64,000 nucleotides of DNA from an uncultured virus (IMG/VR IMGVR_UViG_3300030060_004020) (Duplodnaviria > Heunggongvirae > Uroviricota > Caudoviricetes). A program made the translations under genes and the position numbers. The notes under the pieces were generated by a model that had not been told where the DNA came from, ran no database searches, and saw only the letters and a program-made list of their open reading frames with translations. Shown piece by piece: positions 40,675 to 50,193 of the stretch (position 1 is the first letter of the stretch; each line of letters starts with the position of its first letter). The DNA lies in the IMG/VR virus record IMGVR_UViG_3300030060_004020, positions 1 to 64,000 of that record. One strand, 5' to 3'.

Positions 40675-41250
40675 TTAATCATCCTCGTAAAGTTCTCTTC
40701 TTTCTCGCTTTATTCTCTCGCTTTCTTTTCGGTGTCTTTCTTCTACTTCTTTAACTTTTTTAACTTTAACATTATTAACATTCCAAATACAACCCGAATC
40801 CATATCCCAACTATCGGGCCAATAAAGTTTATGCCAATTATAATCAACATTTCTAATTTCAATACCATCGTAGTCTTCTGTCACTGCGGGTAATTCGGGT
40901 TTAGTAGGGTTTTTAACCCATCTTATTTCATTTCCAAATGTTTTTGTTTTAACTCCGTATTTATCATCGAAGTCTTGTAGTTGTTTTTCACCATTTATTT
41001 TTAAAATTTTAACATTAGACACATCTAATTCTAAGATATAATTATATTTGTCTATCCAACCATAATCATATAAGGTTCTTGATAGCCAACCCCCTGCACC
41101 TAATGTAAAAGAATACCACAACCCCGTTTGCCCCCCACTAATAGAGCGAGGCTTATTAGAAACAGGTTTTAATTCATATGTTCTTTTTTCTATTTTGTGA
41201 TTCTTAGATAAAGCAAATCTTCTAACAGACTTTAGCAAATTAAACCACAT
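40675..41250 (-). CDS. Hypothetical protein with N-terminal WxxLLK tag
   Basis: MWFNLLKS; GLWYS, YDGIEI, WDMDSGCIWN. Confidence 0.6.
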   Translation of the reverse strand: MWFNLLKSVRRFALSKNHKIEKRTYELKPVSNKPRSISGGQTGLWYSFTLGAGGWLSRTLYDYGWIDKYNYILELDVSNVKILKINGEKQLQDFDDKYGVKTKTFGNEIRWVKNPTKPELPAVTEDYDGIEIRNVDYNWHKLYWPDSWDMDSGCIWNVNNVKVKKVKEVEERHRKESERIKRERRELYEDD

Positions 41251-41254
41251 AATA

Positions 41255-41917
41255 TCAATAATCCTTTATCATAGTAGTTATTCCTTTATACACCATTTCG
41301 GGGTCGGACTTTGCTGATACTATATATTTAAAACAAGGTATTCCCTTGTCATTCAACTGCCTCATCCCATATGTAAACGGTTCAAATATTTCATGTTTGT
41401 CTATGGGTCTTTCGCTTTTATACTTCTCTCCCCACATATCATATTTGTTAGCCCATATACCAACTGCCATAGGATAGTCTACTTCTTTTTTCTTTCTACC
41501 CGAAGGCCACCTTTCTGCTACGATAGTATCTACTAAAAATTTCCATGCTAACTGATGGTCTAAATTAGAAGGAGAATCTAAATGCCTATGGTCTATCATA
41601 AAAATAATATATCTTACTCTACGCTTTTGCATATCTTTAACCCATTCTTTCCAATAAATTGCTTCTCCTCCTAAGTCAGCACTTTTAATTGTATGAGAAT
41701 CTCCATCAATTTTTACATTCTTTCTAGTGGCTCTATGTAAACCAACTGTTCTATCATTTATTGTAGGGACTTCCCCTCTTGTTCTAAGTTGGTGGCTTAA
41801 TGTTGTTTTACCAACCATTGTAGAACCATAGACTCCAAAGTTAATTGCATGGACTCTTTTGTAAAATCCTATAATTGCTTCACCTACTAATATAGCAAAG
41901 CCTGTCATTATGGACAT
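41255..41917 (-). CDS. Ras-superfamily small GTPase (Arf/Sar1-like)
   Basis: G1 GSTMVGKTT, G2 RTVG, G3 DLGG, G4 NKYD, G5 SAK; hydrophobic N-terminal helix. Confidence 0.88.
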   Translation of the reverse strand: MSIMTGFAILVGEAIIGFYKRVHAINFGVYGSTMVGKTTLSHQLRTRGEVPTINDRTVGLHRATRKNVKIDGDSHTIKSADLGGEAIYWKEWVKDMQKRRVRYIIFMIDHRHLDSPSNLDHQLAWKFLVDTIVAERWPSGRKKKEVDYPMAVGIWANKYDMWGEKYKSERPIDKHEIFEPFTYGMRQLNDKGIPCFKYIVSAKSDPEMVYKGITTMIKDY

Positions 41918-42136
41918 TTAATGCCCCCAAATATCTTTAGCCCTCTCTATAATCCAACCCATTATATTAATGTCAAAGACTCCCATTATATTACCAACTA
42001 GAAAAGCGGATAGTGCTAAACAACTTCCCCAAAAATACATTTTCATTTTAATAAAAAACATATCTGCTGAATGCGCCCTACTTTGATTATACACATAGTC
42101 GGACTCACTAAAGCCCATTATGTCTCCAAAGACCAA
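41918..42136 (-). CDS. Small membrane protein
   Basis: YFWGSCLALSAFLVGNIMGVF. Confidence 0.65.
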   Translation of the reverse strand: MVFGDIMGFSESDYVYNQSRAHSADMFFIKMKMYFWGSCLALSAFLVGNIMGVFDINIMGWIIERAKDIWGH

Positions 42137-42147
42137 TTAATCACAAC

Positions 42148-42564
42148 CTATTGTTGTATAGTTGCTAGGAACTCATTACTGATAGTGTTGTCTTCAAAGG
42201 TAGCGGTAGGTTCTTCCGCTACTACATTGTTTCTCCAACTATCTCTTCTAGCCGTTCCAAATTGCCTCATGCTTTCTTGAAGTTTAGCCTTGATTTGTTC
42301 TTCTCTTTGTAGTCTTTGGAAGTGGTTTTCTATCTGTCTATCCAACAATCTAATTTCTATCTTGTCATTGAGTGACAAGTCGAATAGTGCTTTCATAACC
42401 ATTATTCCCCCTACTGTAATAAGACCAAATAAAACAGAATGTGCTAATGCTCCATATGGGAAGTTTAATCCATATGCGGAGTAGAAATATACATTTGCTC
42501 CGCTAACTGTTCCGACAAATAAAATTGTCATAATCAATCTTGTATCTTGACTTAGTGCCGCCAT
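42148..42564 (-). CDS. Two-TM membrane protein with coiled-coil tail (holin-like topology)
   Basis: Two hydrophobic helices, then charged helical tail. Confidence 0.65.
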   Translation of the reverse strand: MAALSQDTRLIMTILFVGTVSGANVYFYSAYGLNFPYGALAHSVLFGLITVGGIMVMKALFDLSLNDKIEIRLLDRQIENHFQRLQREEQIKAKLQESMRQFGTARRDSWRNNVVAEEPTATFEDNTISNEFLATIQQ

Positions 42565-42573
42565 AATAAAACC

Positions 42574-42879
42574 TCAATTAAACTCTACTGAAATGTTAGC
42601 AGTAGAACTTCCGGCTTCTGTTATTTCTAGGAAAATACCGTTCCTACAAAGAACTCCGTGCATATCATATTCTAAATTATAATGTCCATTAGTTGCTTGA
42701 TGTATTCTAGCAATTTCTGTCCCGCCGTTATCAGTTCCGTTGAATACCTTAACTGTTACTGCGTCTCCACCCGATATTGAAATCGCCGAATGTATGCTAA
42801 TTAACTTAGCCCCTTCATTACTCACAATCGCACTTGAGCCTAAAACTCCACTACTTCTACAACCGCCTATGCCCGTCAT
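42574..42879 (-). CDS. Small beta-rich virion protein
   Basis: 101 aa beta-rich; GVLCRNGIFL. Confidence 0.5.
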   Translation of the reverse strand: MTGIGGCRSSGVLGSSAIVSNEGAKLISIHSAISISGGDAVTVKVFNGTDNGGTEIARIHQATNGHYNLEYDMHGVLCRNGIFLEITEAGSSTANISVEFN

Positions 42880-42931
42880 ACTATCACCTGTTCATTCAAT
42901 GGAGATAGACTCCACCTATTTAATGTAGCGA

Positions 42932-43270
42932 TTACTCTTTCTTAGATTTAGAAGGAGTTTTTGCCTTTGTTTTAGGCTTAGGCTTGGGTTTAGGTTTTAC
43001 CTTTTTTGGTAAAAGTTCATCCGCTAATTCCTTAACAGTTGAAATATCCTTGCCTGTTTCTTTACATCCCAATAGAACGATTTTTTCATCCAATGCTAAT
43101 AATTCTTCTCGGTCTTCTTCATTAAACACAAAGAAATAGTTAGGGTCGGAAAGACGAAGAACCGCCCATTTTACTGAAACGGTTTCTTCATCTTTCCTTG
43201 TAATTTCTTTCTTTGGTGTAATGTTAAGTCTACCGATTTTAGAATCATCAGTTAATCTAACTGTTACCAA
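42932..43270 (-). CDS. Hypothetical protein with KP-repeat tail
   Basis: Ends KPKPKPKPKTKAKTPSKSKKE. Confidence 0.55.
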   Translation of the reverse strand: MVTVRLTDDSKIGRLNITPKKEITRKDEETVSVKWAVLRLSDPNYFFVFNEEDREELLALDEKIVLLGCKETGKDISTVKELADELLPKKVKPKPKPKPKTKAKTPSKSKKE

Positions 43271-43280
43271 TTAAATCCCC

Positions 43281-43634
43281 TCAAAGGTTGCCCCAAACTC
43301 TCAATCTAACAGAGCCACCGTTGCCATCATCGGAAACAGTAGCGTTTGTTCCATCGAGTGAAGTAAACATAAGAGCAAGTGAAGTGCTTGACTCATAAGC
43401 CCCTGTTGCTGAACACTCAATTTGTGGTTGTATTCCGTTAGCGTTATCAAAACCTGTAATTGTTGCACAATGTATTGTAGATAATCCAAAGTCAGCCGCA
43501 GGTATAACTGAACCTGCCGCAACAATAGATGTTACATCAACTAGTGCATCAACAACATATTCATCACCGCATACTTTAGGTCTAGTTACCCCCTTGTGGT
43601 CTGCTAGTAACTTTACTGTAAATGCCAATGCCAT
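43281..43634 (-). CDS. Putative capsid decoration/minor head protein
   Basis: Beta-rich, downstream of MCP. Confidence 0.5.
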   Translation of the reverse strand: MALAFTVKLLADHKGVTRPKVCGDEYVVDALVDVTSIVAAGSVIPAADFGLSTIHCATITGFDNANGIQPQIECSATGAYESSTSLALMFTSLDGTNATVSDDGNGGSVRLRVWGNL

Positions 43635-43645
43635 TTAAAATCACC

Positions 43646-43909
43646 TTACTGTCCAATAGCCATGAAATAAACTACATCACCGCTAACACAATGTATTGCT
43701 ACATCACCACTTGCTAGTGGTAAATCTGCATTAACTACTGCTGCTGCCGCTTCTTCTGCTGTACCTTTATGGGTAAAAACTAGACTTTCAACTAGTGATA
43801 GTCCAGTTTCAATGTTTCCATCGGTGCTGTCCGAAGTAGTTTGACCACAAACTATCTTTCTGTTTCCTTCTAAATTCATTTCTAAATGTATTACTGTCGC
43901 AAATGCCAT
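43646..43909 (-). CDS. Putative capsid decoration/minor head protein
   Basis: IETGL motif, immediately after MCP, GGAGAGG RBS. Confidence 0.5.
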   Translation of the reverse strand: MAFATVIHLEMNLEGNRKIVCGQTTSDSTDGNIETGLSLVESLVFTHKGTAEEAAAAVVNADLPLASGDVAIHCVSGDVVYFMAIGQ

Positions 43910-43930
43910 ATATATCCTCTCCTTTTTTCC

Positions 43931-45268
43931 TCATTGTATGTTTGTTATCTTTCCTTGACCTTTGAAGAAGGAACATCCGACTTCACCAATTGTTCGATAC
44001 AAAGCCCTGTTACCTAGAGTTCCGACACCGAATGGATTTCCATTAGCGATACCATCTTCAAAGTATTGTGTTGGCTTCATAACCGATAGCCACAAATGGT
44101 CTGTATCAAGGAATAGTAAATCACTTAGTTTTGTTGAAGCACTACCTGTTTGGCACATATCCTTAACAGGGATTAGTGGAATATCGTAGTATGTTGCTAC
44201 TCTAAATCCAACTTCTTGTCCTTTAACTCCTCTAACACCGTTTACAGTTGGCACAACTTCTTTTCTGTCCATGAATCTTTCTTGGCTTTGTAACAAGTCA
44301 GCAATTGCTTGAATTGTATCATATCCAGTTAGAATAACCTTTGGAGAACCACCGGCTAGTCTTAGGTTTCTAATCATATCATTAAGTCTAGTTAGAGTTA
44401 GTGAACGAACATCGCCGGAAGTGTAGCCAGTTCCACAATCTACTTCTGCATCAAGGAAAGATGCCGCAGTAAATCTCTCACTACCGTAAATCTTTCCTAG
44501 AGCGTTAGAAGCGGAAGTTGTATCAGTAGCGATAACTCCCTCGTCAATTTTTAGCAATTCATCTCTTGAAGTAATAACCTTGTTTAGAGAAGTATAGTTG
44601 TTTCCGATATTTGGCATAGCGGATGATTCACCATAATGCTCTAGTGGCATAACCAACATTTTGTTTTGTACTTCAGCATGGTGCTTACCCATATCTTCAC
44701 GCATTTGCGCTCTAATATCGCCAATACCATCATCAATTTGTGCCATTTCCATAGCAAGTTCGCTGAAATCAAATTGGTGTGCAACTACTTTAGGACTCAT
44801 GTTTAGTTGAGCGTAAGTTGGTGCAATTGGGCCAAGTCCATCTTGTGCTGTTGATAGTCCCGCATTCTCCGGTACACCACCAATCATATCTGCTCTTGGA
44901 CTATCGGAACCTAGTTCTGCTAAGTTTTCTGTTCCAGTTGCGTCAACAGTAAACAAGTTACCGCTTCCACCGGCAGGTCGTGACTTTAGAACTCTCCATC
45001 CACTAGATGAATAAGGTCTTTTTGAAATCATTGAAAGAGCGTTAACTTCTCTATTCAACATTGACCATACTTTTTGTCCATAAACAATATTGTATAATGC
45101 AGATACATCACTAACAGCACTACCGGAGAATGCCGGAGAACCATCATGTCCTGTGTGTATTCCACCAATAGCACCTGCTTGCTTCAAAAGAGCGTTACCG
45201 GCAGGTAGATTGTTTATTCCATATGTGCTTGCTTCTAAATCTGCGATTGTGTTAATATAACCTGTCAT
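43931..45268 (-). CDS. Major capsid protein (HK97 fold)
   Basis: After protease; PTYAQLNMSPKVVAH, YYDIPLIP, LLFLDTDHL. Confidence 0.9.
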   Translation of the reverse strand: MTGYINTIADLEASTYGINNLPAGNALLKQAGAIGGIHTGHDGSPAFSGSAVSDVSALYNIVYGQKVWSMLNREVNALSMISKRPYSSSGWRVLKSRPAGGSGNLFTVDATGTENLAELGSDSPRADMIGGVPENAGLSTAQDGLGPIAPTYAQLNMSPKVVAHQFDFSELAMEMAQIDDGIGDIRAQMREDMGKHHAEVQNKMLVMPLEHYGESSAMPNIGNNYTSLNKVITSRDELLKIDEGVIATDTTSASNALGKIYGSERFTAASFLDAEVDCGTGYTSGDVRSLTLTRLNDMIRNLRLAGGSPKVILTGYDTIQAIADLLQSQERFMDRKEVVPTVNGVRGVKGQEVGFRVATYYDIPLIPVKDMCQTGSASTKLSDLLFLDTDHLWLSVMKPTQYFEDGIANGNPFGVGTLGNRALYRTIGEVGCSFFKGQGKITNIQ

Positions 45269-45269
45269 C

Positions 45270-46502
45270 TTAAATTCCTCCTACCATTTTGTGAATGTCC
45301 GACCAATCCATGTTAGCCATTTCATCCATACTTGGGAGTTGTACTGCGGATTCTTCTTGAGCCTTTAGAATAGTTTCCTTTTCTGCTGTCAAAGATTTCC
45401 TTAGTTGTGTAAATTCATCTTTAAGAGAAGCAATTTCGCTTTGTGCATCATAGTTTTGCTTTGCGATTGTGTTTTCCCTTGATGTAATTTCAGTAGCGAA
45501 TCTTGCTTCAAATGATTTCTTTAGGTTATCATAAGCAAGAGTTTCTAACTGCTCTTGTCGGAAAGCCTCATAAGCCTTCTCGATGTTTCCAACTGACAAA
45601 TCAAGAGTATCGAACTCTCCATTGTTAAATGCCTTTACAACAGGCATGTCGGAAGCAGTTGGCTTACCGTTGTTAATAACAATACGGTCAGCAGGTTCTC
45701 CAATTTGGTTTCCTGCACCATCAAGGGTTCTTAGATATGCTTTGTTTGAATCGTCTTGGTATTCGCCCATGTTTTCATCTTCTACATCAGCATGTTCCAT
45801 GTCTTCTTCATCAGTCATTTCGGAGTCTCCTCTTTCCATGTAATCTGCCATTTCTTCATCTTTGTGCATGCCCTTTTCATCGAGCAACTCTTCTTCTTTA
45901 CGAAGCGTATTTACTTCTTCTAGCAAAGTATCTAACTCCGCTAATGCTTTTTCTAGTTTTTCACTCATATCATTGTCTCCTTTATCTTGTTTCAAAATAT
46001 CGAATCTCGCTTCGGGGTTAATTCCTTTTTCGCATATAGTAATTTCATGCAACTCTAACTTGCTGATTTCATTATACTCACCTAAGTTTTCATTACTTTT
46101 CTTTACTTTTTGGAGGGCTTGACCTCCTATGCTAAAAGACCTCAATGACCCTTTGCGAATGTTTCTGCCAACTTCTTTGGCTTTCTCTATATCATCTCGT
46201 AGTTTAATTACTACAAAGAAACCAACATCATCTACTTCGGATTTCCAAAGCCTACCTGTGCTGTCTCTATAAGAATCTACAACTTCTCCAACTTGAACAT
46301 TGGAATGGTTTGTCATGACATTTCTAAATTTAGAATCTTTCATGAACTTAATAACTGCTTCTTCCAATGCAGGTAAAGTAATTAAATCATTTTGTTTATC
46401 TACAATTTCAATACTAGCGTAGCCACCAATCATTAATTCATCACTTCTAGCCTTGAGGATGGAAAACCCATCATTTCTCGTTGCTAAAACTGCCGATGTC
46501 AT
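45270..46502 (-). CDS. Prohead protease with C-terminal scaffold domain
   Basis: IGGYAS..VDKQND, MTNH, FSIGG, LHEITIC..GINPEA; acidic coiled-coil C-half; start moved to ATG 46502. Confidence 0.92.
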   Translation of the reverse strand: MTSAVLATRNDGFSILKARSDELMIGGYASIEIVDKQNDLITLPALEEAVIKFMKDSKFRNVMTNHSNVQVGEVVDSYRDSTGRLWKSEVDDVGFFVVIKLRDDIEKAKEVGRNIRKGSLRSFSIGGQALQKVKKSNENLGEYNEISKLELHEITICEKGINPEARFDILKQDKGDNDMSEKLEKALAELDTLLEEVNTLRKEEELLDEKGMHKDEEMADYMERGDSEMTDEEDMEHADVEDENMGEYQDDSNKAYLRTLDGAGNQIGEPADRIVINNGKPTASDMPVVKAFNNGEFDTLDLSVGNIEKAYEAFRQEQLETLAYDNLKKSFEARFATEITSRENTIAKQNYDAQSEIASLKDEFTQLRKSLTAEKETILKAQEESAVQLPSMDEMANMDWSDIHKMVGGI

Positions 46503-46524
46503 TTCGCTCAAAGGGAAAAAATTT

Positions 46525-46545
46525 CCTTTTAATATATAATACACA
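46525..46545 (-). promoter_or_regulatory. Putative TATA-box promoter of protease-MCP unit
   Basis: TTATATATTAAAA about 30 nt upstream of the ATG. Confidence 0.4.
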
Positions 46546-46561
46546 CGGTTATTTTAAACTA

Positions 46562-49120
46562 TTAATCCTCTTTTGGAGGTAATTTAAGACTACTATACTT
46601 ATCTTCGTAAATATTCCACAATCCTTTATCTGCGTCAGTATCAGCAGGTTTCTGTTCATAGCCTGTCCATGCTAACCACATTCTTTTTCCTTTAACTTCA
46701 AGCATTCTAACATGAAGTTTAGTTTCAAACTTATTACCATCTAGGAAATATTCGTGATAGCCTTCCTTTTGAACGCCCAACTTAACATCACCACTATCAA
46801 TTAGTTTCCGCTTAGATATATTCTTAGCAACAATAGCAGGGAATTTGCCCGCCTTTCCAAATAATTCAAACACATCATCTTGTGAATCTAATCTAACCAT
46901 CCAATTGATACTTTCATCACCTAACTTCATTACTATGTTTAGATTATCGTCATCTCTAAGGTATATCTTAAACTCACCACTTCTATATTTTTCAGGAGTT
47001 TCGTATTCTTTCTTAATGGTGTCCATCAATATTTTATCATTTTCAGCAAACAACTTTTTTGTTTTAGCATCAAATGATATGCCGTCTCTATTTTCAAACC
47101 AATCCTTAACTCGGCTTTCTTTACTTTCTAGTATGTCTTGATATTCTTTTTTGTGATTTTTAACTAAGAAATTGTGAACAACTTTTGGTACTTGTGCGCC
47201 CTTCTCCTTTAAGAAATTAAATACAGCAACAGTAAGTTTAGATTGTTTTGTTTTCATTATCTCTTCTGCTTGTTCTTTCCACAAGTCTAAATCCATTAGT
47301 GCATTCTTAGCCATTAGATTGTTTTCTTCAAATCCATAGATAGTAAAACCATCCATGTCTCCTTTGATTATAATATTGGCTTCACCGTGAATATGGTCAG
47401 AAACTACAATACCTTTCTCTACTTCTTCTACATTATATTTCAAAGATTTATCCGTATCATTAATTAGCATTTGTAGAGTAACTAACTTATCCGGTGTCTT
47501 ACTTTCAGCGATTTCATTTATCTTTGCTGAATAAACAACCGGCTTACCCTTAACTTCTTTTACCTTATCAATAGAAACTCTAACCACTTCTCCGACATCT
47601 GCTGAAACTTTAGTATTAGTGGCACTACCAACATTAAGATAATTTACTCCTTCTATCTTTTCACCTTCCTCTTCAACCGGCCCTGCTCCTAATTTGTAAG
47701 AAAAGTTAGAACCACTTTTCTTTTTATCAAGAACAATTAAATCTAATTCTACAAATGGTTTCCAACGAATCCACTTAGGATTCTTTTTTGTTCCTAAGAA
47801 ATATGTAGATGTAGAATCTTTAATCATAGCCCCTTCTGCTGTCGGCATTTCCATAATTTTCTTAGCGTATTCTTCTACATCTTTTAGATTATCTGCAACT
47901 CTAGTATCTTTTTTAGATGGGAATGTCAAGTCTTCACTAGAATGTATAGAATAGTTGTTAAACATTATCTGCATTCTGTTTTGTAGTGTATCTTCCATGA
48001 GGTTTTCTTCATTGTGTCTCATGATGTCAAACACATGAATTCTAACCTTGCCCTCTCTTTTTCCCTCTAAGTATTCTACTGCATCTTTTCTTTTAAGAGA
48101 GTCATCTCCATCAAATAAAACTAAAGAAGCATCCAAGATACAATCACCAAAATGTTTTTTCTTTAGTTCCTCAACGGCTTCTTTACACTTTGATGTAATA
48201 TCTTTTCCTGTATAATCATAAACTTTTATATTCTTATCTATTTTATGTAATTGAATTCTAAAACCATCGTATTTTTCTTGAACATAAAACTCACCACTGA
48301 ATCCCTTTAATTCGTTCATATCTTCTATTGTAAATATTCTATACATTGGTTTGTTAGGGATTATGAAATCACTTTGGGCTTTTTCTTCATCGGACTTCTT
48401 TTCTTTTAAAATAATTTTATCATTTTCTTTTTTATTACCCTTTTCGTCTTTAGCCTTAGCCTCATCTAAATCTGTATCTATATCTTCTAGTTCAGCCCAT
48501 TCTTCTTTAGTATTCTTAGATAAGAATATTAATTCTAACATATTCATAGCGGCCTTTACCTTAGACTCCACTTTCTTAGAATCTTTATCGTCACCATAAT
48601 GCTCTATGATATAAAGTGCAACATCATCTACTTCTAAATCTAATCCCATAAGTCCTTCTGTAATGTCATCGGGCTTCATGTCTTTAATTGAATATGCTTC
48701 TTTTGGTAGTGCCTTATCATCTTCTCTAATAGCATAGTGAACAAACTTAATCATAAGTTCGGGTGATTCTAATAATGCCTCTAATACATTACCTTTAAAT
48801 TTTTTAGCGAAGGGGTCACTAACTTCTTCCGAAGAATACCTAAGTGCCTTTATTGCTTCATACAATTTTTCAGCATTATTTGTTGTTGAGTCGGAAACAT
48901 CATTTGATTCTAATAAATCTTCATCAATATAATCCTTAAGTTCATTTGAAAGAGCATCCGTCATTTCATATGCGTCTTTAATTTTATTTACTGCGTTTCT
49001 CCACTTAGAACCGTATTCCTTTGGGTCGGTTCTTGCTGAAAGATAAGCGACTCTTGTTCTTTCAAAGAGTCTTAGAATATCTGTGGATATTGACTTATCC
49101 TTCTCAATAAGAAGCGGCAT
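46562..49120 (-). CDS. ATP-dependent ligase-like multidomain protein in head module
   Basis: QEKYDGFR, VFDIM, EGAMIK, KWIRWKP; helical N-domain; possible LigD-phosphoesterase-like C-domain. Confidence 0.8.
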   Translation of the reverse strand: MPLLIEKDKSISTDILRLFERTRVAYLSARTDPKEYGSKWRNAVNKIKDAYEMTDALSNELKDYIDEDLLESNDVSDSTTNNAEKLYEAIKALRYSSEEVSDPFAKKFKGNVLEALLESPELMIKFVHYAIREDDKALPKEAYSIKDMKPDDITEGLMGLDLEVDDVALYIIEHYGDDKDSKKVESKVKAAMNMLELIFLSKNTKEEWAELEDIDTDLDEAKAKDEKGNKKENDKIILKEKKSDEEKAQSDFIIPNKPMYRIFTIEDMNELKGFSGEFYVQEKYDGFRIQLHKIDKNIKVYDYTGKDITSKCKEAVEELKKKHFGDCILDASLVLFDGDDSLKRKDAVEYLEGKREGKVRIHVFDIMRHNEENLMEDTLQNRMQIMFNNYSIHSSEDLTFPSKKDTRVADNLKDVEEYAKKIMEMPTAEGAMIKDSTSTYFLGTKKNPKWIRWKPFVELDLIVLDKKKSGSNFSYKLGAGPVEEEGEKIEGVNYLNVGSATNTKVSADVGEVVRVSIDKVKEVKGKPVVYSAKINEIAESKTPDKLVTLQMLINDTDKSLKYNVEEVEKGIVVSDHIHGEANIIIKGDMDGFTIYGFEENNLMAKNALMDLDLWKEQAEEIMKTKQSKLTVAVFNFLKEKGAQVPKVVHNFLVKNHKKEYQDILESKESRVKDWFENRDGISFDAKTKKLFAENDKILMDTIKKEYETPEKYRSGEFKIYLRDDDNLNIVMKLGDESINWMVRLDSQDDVFELFGKAGKFPAIVAKNISKRKLIDSGDVKLGVQKEGYHEYFLDGNKFETKLHVRMLEVKGKRMWLAWTGYEQKPADTDADKGLWNIYEDKYSSLKLPPKED

Positions 49121-49130
49121 GTAAAATACC

Positions 49131-49892
49131 TCAAATAATAGATTCAATGTTTTGCACTATTGATAGTATTCCATTATCGGGGTCACTAATGCGTTCTCTA
49201 ATAGTTTCTATCTTATCTAAATTTCTTCTATTCTCTTTAGTTTCATTTTCTCTAAAGTTTTTTTCCATGTCTCTAATTAATAAAGGTAACATAAGGTCTA
49301 AATCTTTAATTCGGTCTTTTATTCTTCTATATCTCATTTGTATAGGTTTCTTAGTTTTATCTTGTTTCTTTAAACTCTTTGTTATCGGCCCAACTCTATC
49401 TTTTTTGAGTCTTGGACTTGTTGGAGGAATGACTTTTATTTTTTCAATAATATATCTTTCCGAACTACCATCGGCTGACTTGGCTATAATCTGTAATTTT
49501 GCATCAGCAATAAAACTAGGATTAGATGAGGAAGAAGATTCTTGTTTTACATCACTAAATCGGTTAGCAAGAGTTTCCGTAAGTTTATCCATAGAAAATG
49601 TTTTACCAATCAAGGATTTTCCAACTAATTGTAAACCCCCCTCATCTTGTTTCTTTAAACTCTCACCTGCTAAACCATATCCTTCTTTCTTTTGAGTTTG
49701 ATTAGTAATCTTAGAAGCATCTTGCACCTTTGGCCTCTTAATCTTTTCAACTTCGGGGTCTGTATCTATTTCCAATACTTGAGTTGGCTCAATGTTCTTT
49801 CTTTTCTTTGCGCTTAATTCTTCTTTAGCCTTTCTTGCTTTTTCAATAGCAAGGCTAACTATTCTTTCTTCTTTTGTTACTCTTTCCGGCAT
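49131..49892 (-). CDS. Modular basic head-region protein
   Basis: Two SLKKQD motifs separate three segments. Confidence 0.6.
   Translation of the reverse strand: MPERVTKEERIVSLAIEKARKAKEELSAKKRKNIEPTQVLEIDTDPEVEKIKRPKVQDASKITNQTQKKEGYGLAGESLKKQDEGGLQLVGKSLIGKTFSMDKLTETLANRFSDVKQESSSSSNPSFIADAKLQIIAKSADGSSERYIIEKIKVIPPTSPRLKKDRVGPITKSLKKQDKTKKPIQMRYRRIKDRIKDLDLMLPLLIRDMEKNFRENETKENRRNLDKIETIRERISDPDNGILSIVQNIESII
49359..49663. repeat. 20-bp perfect direct repeat ATCTTGTTTCTTTAAACTCT (49359-49378, 49644-49663)
   Basis: Read directly; copies 285 bp (95 codons) apart. Confidence 0.85.
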
Positions 49893-49899
49893 AGTATCA

Positions 49900-50193
49900 T
49901 CACTCCAAATAAAACACTAAATCTCGATTAGTTAGTGTTATTTTTTCGTAGCCCATATTTTCGTATAATTTATTTGCTACCTCTAATGCTTTTTCTCTAC
50001 TCATATCTAAATCCTCTAAAGTATCAATAAAGGCATAAGTTTTTTTTCTTTTTCCTGCGCTTTCGATTATAGGGTCTACAATTTCTTCAAACAATTTTTC
50101 ATATTCTTTCATAGAAAGATTATCATTTTTTGGCACTTCATCTGCTCTTGGATTCCTAATCGGTGGCATCTTTAACACATCTTCCCAACTCAT
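49900..50193 (-). CDS. Small protein with N-terminal WxxVLK tag
   Basis: MSWEDVLKM. Confidence 0.65.
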   Translation of the reverse strand: MSWEDVLKMPPIRNPRADEVPKNDNLSMKEYEKLFEEIVDPIIESAGKRKKTYAFIDTLEDLDMSREKALEVANKLYENMGYEKITLTNRDLVFYLE

